This document shows, in pieces, positions 15,753 to 20,000 of a stretch of 20,000 nucleotides of DNA (positions are counted from its first letter, which is position 1; each line of letters starts with the position of its first letter). The DNA is taken from the IMG/VR virus record IMGVR_UViG_3300037424_001060; one strand, 5' to 3'. The position numbers and the translations under genes are program-made. Source of the DNA: an uncultured virus (IMG/VR IMGVR_UViG_3300037424_001060) (Duplodnaviria; Heunggongvirae; Uroviricota; Caudoviricetes). The notes under the pieces are model-generated. The model was given only the letters and a program-made list of their open reading frames with translations. It did no database searches and was not told the origin of the DNA.

Positions 15753-16499
15753 CTACATTTCGTCCATGAAAATATCCCAGGTTCCTCTGGTACGATTATA
15801 TTTCTTCGATTTTACCATGAACCGTGTGCCCGACCTAAACAAGACTTCATTCTCTTCCGAGAAGTTTGAAACCTTCTCAATCCATTTCCCCGTCTTAGAT
15901 TTGATTACAAAGCGGGTTTGTCCCTCGTCTGCCCCCTCGAACGGTCGATACGACGGTGTGGAACTTCGACTGGTGCTAACAAACTCTTTCAGAACAACGG
16001 GTTTACCAGGGACGTAGGCGTCCGCAAGTGTGGCGCTACGATCATTTATTGTTCGGTATACCTGCCCTTCGTAGTTTCTTACTTTGTCCAGCGATGCGTT
16101 CAATTCATTCTTGAATGCCCCGGCCCGCTTCACATAGTCCGCGATTACGGCATCACTTTCTCCTGACAGTTCTAATGTCTGCTTGAATCCTTTCGGGTCG
16201 TATATCGAACGATTCAGTTTCTCGGCGTTCAATCCTTTGAATCTCTCACCGCCCATTATGTGCCCACCAGAGTAGGCTGTTATCGGCTGTATATCGGCAC
16301 CTGGAAGATGCTCGACATTTTTTCCGGGGCCGGTCAACACTCCACCTGGATTAAGAACAGGGTCTTCGGAATCACTGTGATAGCCGGGATTTCTAACAGC
16401 CGGCGGAACCTTCTCCACGGCACCGCCACCGGCACCGCCACCACCGCCACCAGATCTACCTCCGCCGCCGCCTCCGCCAGTTCCGCTACCCTTGGGCAT
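15753..16499 (-). CDS. R-S-E class mono-ADP-ribosyltransferase (VIP2/Alt/Mod-like) with a poly-Gly N-terminal leader
   Basis: YEGQVYR (catalytic R), EFVSTSRS (STS), SNFSEENEVLFRSGTRF (ExE). Start MPKGSGTGGGGGGG at 16499 with SD GAGGT. Confidence 0.88.
   Translation of the reverse strand: MPKGSGTGGGGGGGRSGGGGGGAGGGAVEKVPPAVRNPGYHSDSEDPVLNPGGVLTGPGKNVEHLPGADIQPITAYSGGHIMGGERFKGLNAEKLNRSIYDPKGFKQTLELSGESDAVIADYVKRAGAFKNELNASLDKVRNYEGQVYRTINDRSATLADAYVPGKPVVLKEFVSTSRSSTPSYRPFEGADEGQTRFVIKSKTGKWIEKVSNFSEENEVLFRSGTRFMVKSKKYNRTRGTWDIFMDEM
16420..16490. repeat. Low-complexity (CCG/CCA)n tract encoding the poly-Gly leader
   Basis: caccgccaccggcaccgccaccaccgccacc...ccgccgccgcctccgcc encodes GSGTGGGGGGGRSGGGGGGAGGG. 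Confidence 0.8.
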
Positions 16500-17097
16500 C
16501 AGACACCTCGCGTGACGCGTTTCGAGCGTCGGGGACATTTACAAGGTCACACAGGCTGCAAAAGTCTCTGACCAATGGCCCGCCACCATACACCAGGAAG
16601 TTGAGCTGGTTGCCACAGGCTCGCTCGGTGGCTTGATCTAATTGTTCTCTCAGCATGTCGATCTGATCGTCGCATGCGGAGGTTGAATAGGATGGCCAAC
16701 CGTCCGGGACACCTAGCAAATTGATGCCCGCGAACTTCGGGGCGACATTCATATCGACGAAGATATTCATGCCGGCCGACTGCCAGAACCGAGCCATCCA
16801 TCGCTTCATGTAAATACGCCAGATACCGACCGCCATTGGCATTTGATCGTCAGTGGTGTAGTTGGCCTCACAGCAATTGTAGGCCTTCGTCTTCAGGACA
16901 GCATCTGGGTGCTTCCACAGTGCCGTGAACTTCTCGTCGTCGACATAGAAGTGCCATGTGCCTCGCATGCGGGATTTCCGTGAGACGGAACCCCAGCCGC
17001 GCACCGGCAAATCCACAAACGTGCCATGTCTCTCGAACATGAGCATCGGGATTTCCAGGTGGTTGTCTGTCGGAAACAAGCAATCAGGCACTCTCAT
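16486..17097 (-). CDS. DUF4417-family protein
   Basis: DNHLEIPML, WHFYVDDEKF, ANYT, IYMKRWMARFWQSAG, GVP and LVYGG match the DUF4417 pattern as I recall it. Confidence 0.8.
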   Translation of the reverse strand: MRVPDCLFPTDNHLEIPMLMFERHGTFVDLPVRGWGSVSRKSRMRGTWHFYVDDEKFTALWKHPDAVLKTKAYNCCEANYTTDDQMPMAVGIWRIYMKRWMARFWQSAGMNIFVDMNVAPKFAGINLLGVPDGWPSYSTSACDDQIDMLREQLDQATERACGNQLNFLVYGGGPLVRDFCSLCDLVNVPDARNASREVSDAQG

Positions 17098-17606
17098 TTG
17101 CTGTACTCCAGATAGAACATACCATCCTGTTCGCGTGTCTGCTTGGCCTCAAATATCGCGGTCAGTCCGAGTCGTTTGAATTCCGCGAAAACACCATTGT
17201 ATACATGCCTAACCTCACGGGTAACATCCTTCTGGCAGCCGCGTAATACAGCGGCTTTCCATTGTAGCAGGTTGCCGGCGATGAGAGCCATTTTGATGTT
17301 TCTGGCCTGTGTCCCTACCAGCACGGCGGGCATGCCGGCCAGCTCAAGAATCTCTGCAAAATCCATATCGTCGGCGGCGATAACAAACCCGGCGTGAAAC
17401 ATATTCAGATATGGGATCACGGCTGCGGCTGACGGGCGAAGTCCCGCGTCTTTCATGGCAGCCACGCACAGCATGTGATTCAGGGGAGGCTCGAAGCCTG
17501 CACTGTCCGCAGCTTCAGCCAAGTTGCGCTGAAATGCTTGCCTACCCAGAGTCAGGAACTTTCCTAAGTCCAGGTTCGAGAATTGAACCAGCGCAACTCC
17601 ATTCAT
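17094..17606 (-). CDS. Hypothetical protein, possibly degenerate ThyX-like fold
   Basis: C-terminal IAGNLLQWKAAVLRGC...TREVRHV resembles ThyX TGNxRxW...LR...QxEIR. The RHRx7S motif is absent. Confidence 0.55.
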   Translation of the reverse strand: MNGVALVQFSNLDLGKFLTLGRQAFQRNLAEAADSAGFEPPLNHMLCVAAMKDAGLRPSAAAVIPYLNMFHAGFVIAADDMDFAEILELAGMPAVLVGTQARNIKMALIAGNLLQWKAAVLRGCQKDVTREVRHVYNGVFAEFKRLGLTAIFEAKQTREQDGMFYLEYSK

Positions 17607-18031
17607 TCATTTATCCCCGACCACTTGTTGTCAAAATCCGCCAACGCTTTTCCAGGATTTGGTCCGCGACCTATCAGTGCCCAAGACTCGGTACCATATG
17701 ACGCTACCCACTCCAGTCCATCATGCTTCAGGATAACGGCGTACTGCCGGTGAGGGCACAATTGCTGCTGAGCCTGTAGCGTAATCGCTTGCTCCGTTGC
17801 CAGCTTCTGCATCGCGAGTGCTTTTTGTAACTGGCGGGAAGTGTCCATATCGGAGAAAGATTCCGGTGCCGTGCTCAACAGCGAGGACAGAACTAAGGAC
17901 AGCCGCTCCAACTGAGTCTGGTCCGACAGGCTCTTCAACTGCATATGTTGCAGAGATGTTTCGCAAGCCTGCGGTGACAGCCAGCGTGCCAGCCGTATCA
18001 ACAATACTGAGAGATACCCCATTGTTTGCAC
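17603..18031 (-). CDS. Hypothetical phage protein (true start may be ATG at 17848)
   Basis: C-terminal HDGLEWVASYG...GRGPNPGKALADFDNKW looks protein-like; ATGA overlap with the next gene. Confidence 0.65.
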   Translation of the reverse strand: MQTMGYLSVLLIRLARWLSPQACETSLQHMQLKSLSDQTQLERLSLVLSSLLSTAPESFSDMDTSRQLQKALAMQKLATEQAITLQAQQQLCPHRQYAVILKHDGLEWVASYGTESWALIGRGPNPGKALADFDNKWSGINE

Positions 18032-18071
18032 ACCACTTCAGAGATTCGCGTAGATCCATAATTGTTTCCAT
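17721..18071 (-). CDS. Possible hypothetical protein overlapping the previous ORF in another frame
   Basis: ATG immediately after the terminator; the N-terminus MDLRESLKWCANNGVSLSIV looks globular. Confidence 0.35.
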   Translation of the reverse strand: METIMDLRESLKWCANNGVSLSIVDTAGTLAVTAGLRNISATYAVEEPVGPDSVGAAVLSSVLAVEHGTGIFLRYGHFPPVTKSTRDAEAGNGASDYATGSAAIVPSPAVRRYPEA

Positions 18072-18073
18072 AG

Positions 18074-18108
18074 AGAAAACCCACGGGCGAGTTTCCCCGC
18101 CCGTGGGT
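18074..18108 (-). terminator. Rho-independent terminator after the SSB-like gene
   Basis: 11-bp perfect stem ACCCACGGGCG/CGCCCGTGGGT followed by TTTCT on the minus strand, 13 nt after the stop. Confidence 0.8.
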
Positions 18109-18121
18109 ATGTCGACAGCAG

Positions 18122-18823
18122 TTAGCGCGCCCGCTTCGGCTTAGCCGGCGCTTCGGGGTCTTCCTCAACCTTCTGGATACCAGATTGCGGGTTGCGGAAT
18201 TTTTCCATCTCTTTGGCAATCGCGGCGTCCGATGGCACATCTGCTGAATCAAACGGCTCGGAGCACTTGCTAATCACCGGAACATGCCATCCCCACTCAG
18301 GCATCTTTTTGTAGCGAATACCCAGAGTGGCCGGGGTTGGCACCCCGCCATTTTCCTCGGTCGGCAGGAACGGACGCAGCTTACCGGCCTCGTTACGACC
18401 GGACAAGTTGCCGAAGAACAGCTCATACATCTTCGCGGTGCTCCGCTCGATGACGAGGAAGCTGGGGCCCCACATGCAGCCCGTGTTCTTCGGGGCGTTC
18501 TTGATTCGCTGGAACTCAGGGTCGTTGACCTTGTACACAGCGACAATCGCTTCGCGATCGGATACGTCCAATGCCTTGGCGCGGGCGTCCAACGGAATAA
18601 TGTCGATGGTCACGCCAAGGTCGAGAATCTCTTCTCCACCCGGCTGGGGCACGCCCCAGTGGCCGGCACCAATCTTGCCGGTGTCGACATACTTTCCCTT
18701 GGTGATGAGCTGCAAACGAGGAAGGAAGTCGGAGCCTTGACTGACGTCAGAGACTTCGGTGAGCACATCAGCGCGCACGGCGGGAAGGAAGTTGGATTTG
18801 AACGGTGTGAGTTCATTTGACAT
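18122..18823 (-). CDS. Probable phage single-stranded DNA-binding or recombination protein
   Basis: SD GGAG before MSNEL. FLPRLQLI N-terminal motif, aromatic beta-strands (WGPSFLV, WGWHVPV), charged tail, a dedicated terminator, and a replication-module context. Confidence 0.55.
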   Translation of the reverse strand: MSNELTPFKSNFLPAVRADVLTEVSDVSQGSDFLPRLQLITKGKYVDTGKIGAGHWGVPQPGGEEILDLGVTIDIIPLDARAKALDVSDREAIVAVYKVNDPEFQRIKNAPKNTGCMWGPSFLVIERSTAKMYELFFGNLSGRNEAGKLRPFLPTEENGGVPTPATLGIRYKKMPEWGWHVPVISKCSEPFDSADVPSDAAIAKEMEKFRNPQSGIQKVEEDPEAPAKPKRAR

Positions 18824-19766
18824 GGTGTTCTCCAAGTACAGAGTAATCAGGTTTCAGTTTATCAGATACCAATGTTGTAACAAGACGTGTTCTAAATTCG
18901 CTCTTTTCCATCTCAGTTAAGTATGCGCACGGTGCCTCCGCAATCTTGTTCAAGCGTTTCTCTATAGTTAGCGGGTCTATTTTCAGCATCCATGCCAAGC
19001 AGGCTTTCCATCCATCGAGCGGTGTGAGCGCCCCGGTGGCGTCCATGACGGCCTTCGCTTGTTCAAACCCGTCCAACTCTGTAATCAGTGCGTTAAGCGT
19101 CCTCATCTTCGGAGTTATACCGCACAGACGTTCTTCTTGTTTCCTCTTCAGGAGAAAGGCGTCATAATCTACTCGTGCTTCTCGCACTCGCGTTATGAAC
19201 GCGATAGGTACCATGGACGACGCGTCGTCAATGAACTTCTCCTGCATGTCCATCGGAAGCGAACCCAACGCAATGGCCGACGTCAATGGAATCTCGCCGT
19301 AGTTCACCGGCTTGATTGCTCGGTCACACAGGTTGTTCAACTTCAGTATTGTCTTGATCCACGTCGGAGACTTGTCTACCTTGGCGCTCAGGTCGTAGAG
19401 CGTCATACCATCGTCGATAAATTTCTTCAGTCTCCGGGCGTACTCATATTTGCGTGTGTCCTCTGGCCGGACGGCGTTGGCCTTCAGTTGTATCAATGCG
19501 GCTTCGTCGTCGGTCATGGCGCGAACCAGACACGGCATCGTTTCGAGCGAGGCGACTATTGCTGCTTCACGCCTGTGCTCTCCCTCCACCACCTCGAACA
19601 TGTACGAGTCCATTATAGGCCGAACCAGGATCGGCTGCAATATGCCATCTACCTTGATGGACTCGATCATTTCCTGAAACTGAACGGAGGTCTTTCGCAC
19701 AGGGCGAAGAGCTAACTTCGGCGGCATTAGAAGTCGGATCGGAATGTTTTTTAGTTCGTCGTTCAT
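18813..19766 (-). CDS. parB: ParB/Srx N-terminal domain plus HTH protein
   Basis: SIKVDGILQPILVRP...EVVEGEHRREAA...MPCLV (GxxR) and HTH MTLYDLSAKVDKSPTWIK. Probable start MNDEL at 19766. Confidence 0.88.
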   Translation of the reverse strand: MNDELKNIPIRLLMPPKLALRPVRKTSVQFQEMIESIKVDGILQPILVRPIMDSYMFEVVEGEHRREAAIVASLETMPCLVRAMTDDEAALIQLKANAVRPEDTRKYEYARRLKKFIDDGMTLYDLSAKVDKSPTWIKTILKLNNLCDRAIKPVNYGEIPLTSAIALGSLPMDMQEKFIDDASSMVPIAFITRVREARVDYDAFLLKRKQEERLCGITPKMRTLNALITELDGFEQAKAVMDATGALTPLDGWKACLAWMLKIDPLTIEKRLNKIAEAPCAYLTEMEKSEFRTRLVTTLVSDKLKPDYSVLGEHHVK

Positions 19767-20000
19767 TTGTCTACTACTATATCGCCTCATTCGGCGCGAT
19801 TGTCGCAACAAATGTCGAAATAATCCGAAAAGAATTCGGCGCACGATAATTATGATTATGTCAATTGATACTAACCTGGGGAGCCCCCTCATCCCACTCC
19901 CCAGTGGGGTTTTCTGCTAACCTCTTTCCACATAACGAGTTAACCTCGCCGCTAAAAGAGGGAGGGGAGGGGAGCTGGAAAAAGAGTTAGCCATATTGAA

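Noticed and set aside
12..19715. Numerous plus-strand ORFs (e.g. 3035-3811, 10843-11814, 11591-12334, 19059-19715)
   Set aside because: Antisense shadows of well-supported minus-strand genes, or of the RNA locus, with no motifs or SD.
19767..19892. N-terminal extension of the ParB ORF (IIIIIIVRRILFGLF)
   Set aside because: Read-through of an AT-rich regulatory region; the ParB domain starts right after the ATG at 19766.
1..20000. CRISPR array, IS element, integrase/att site, or stop-codon reassignment
   Set aside because: No spaced repeats, transposase or integrase seen. Genes are full length under the standard code and use TAA, TAG and TGA stops.

Overview
This 20 kb window is a segment of a large dsDNA (tailed) phage or prophage genome. 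Essentially all real genes lie on the minus strand and are tightly packed, often with ATGA or short overlaps. In transcription order (right to left): ParB-like protein, probable SSB plus terminator, hypothetical genes and a degenerate ThyX-like protein, then a cassette of DUF4417, a Gly-leader R-S-E ADP-ribosyltransferase and a small Cys/His protein with its own sigma70 promoter. Next come a SNF2-type helicase, an NDP-sugar C-methyltransferase, an HMW1C/NGT-like GT41 glycosyltransferase, an HTH-metallophosphoesterase, a Thr/Ala-rich structural-type protein and a Tat-signal protein fused to a capsid-like N-terminal fragment. Small hypothetical genes follow, then a family A DNA polymerase with a six-CxxC DnaJ-like insert and a C39-like peptidase. 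Last is a promoter-driven RNA locus: structured leader, tRNA-Asn(GTT), an HNH gene, and >500 nt of structured non-coding sequence containing a tRNA mimic whose anticodon loop is replaced by 37 nt. The best candidates for undescribed systems are the DUF4417/ART/Cys-protein cassette, the phage protein-glycosylation module, the Tat-capsid fragment fusion and the large ncRNA locus. All family assignments come from motif recognition by eye; no database search was run.
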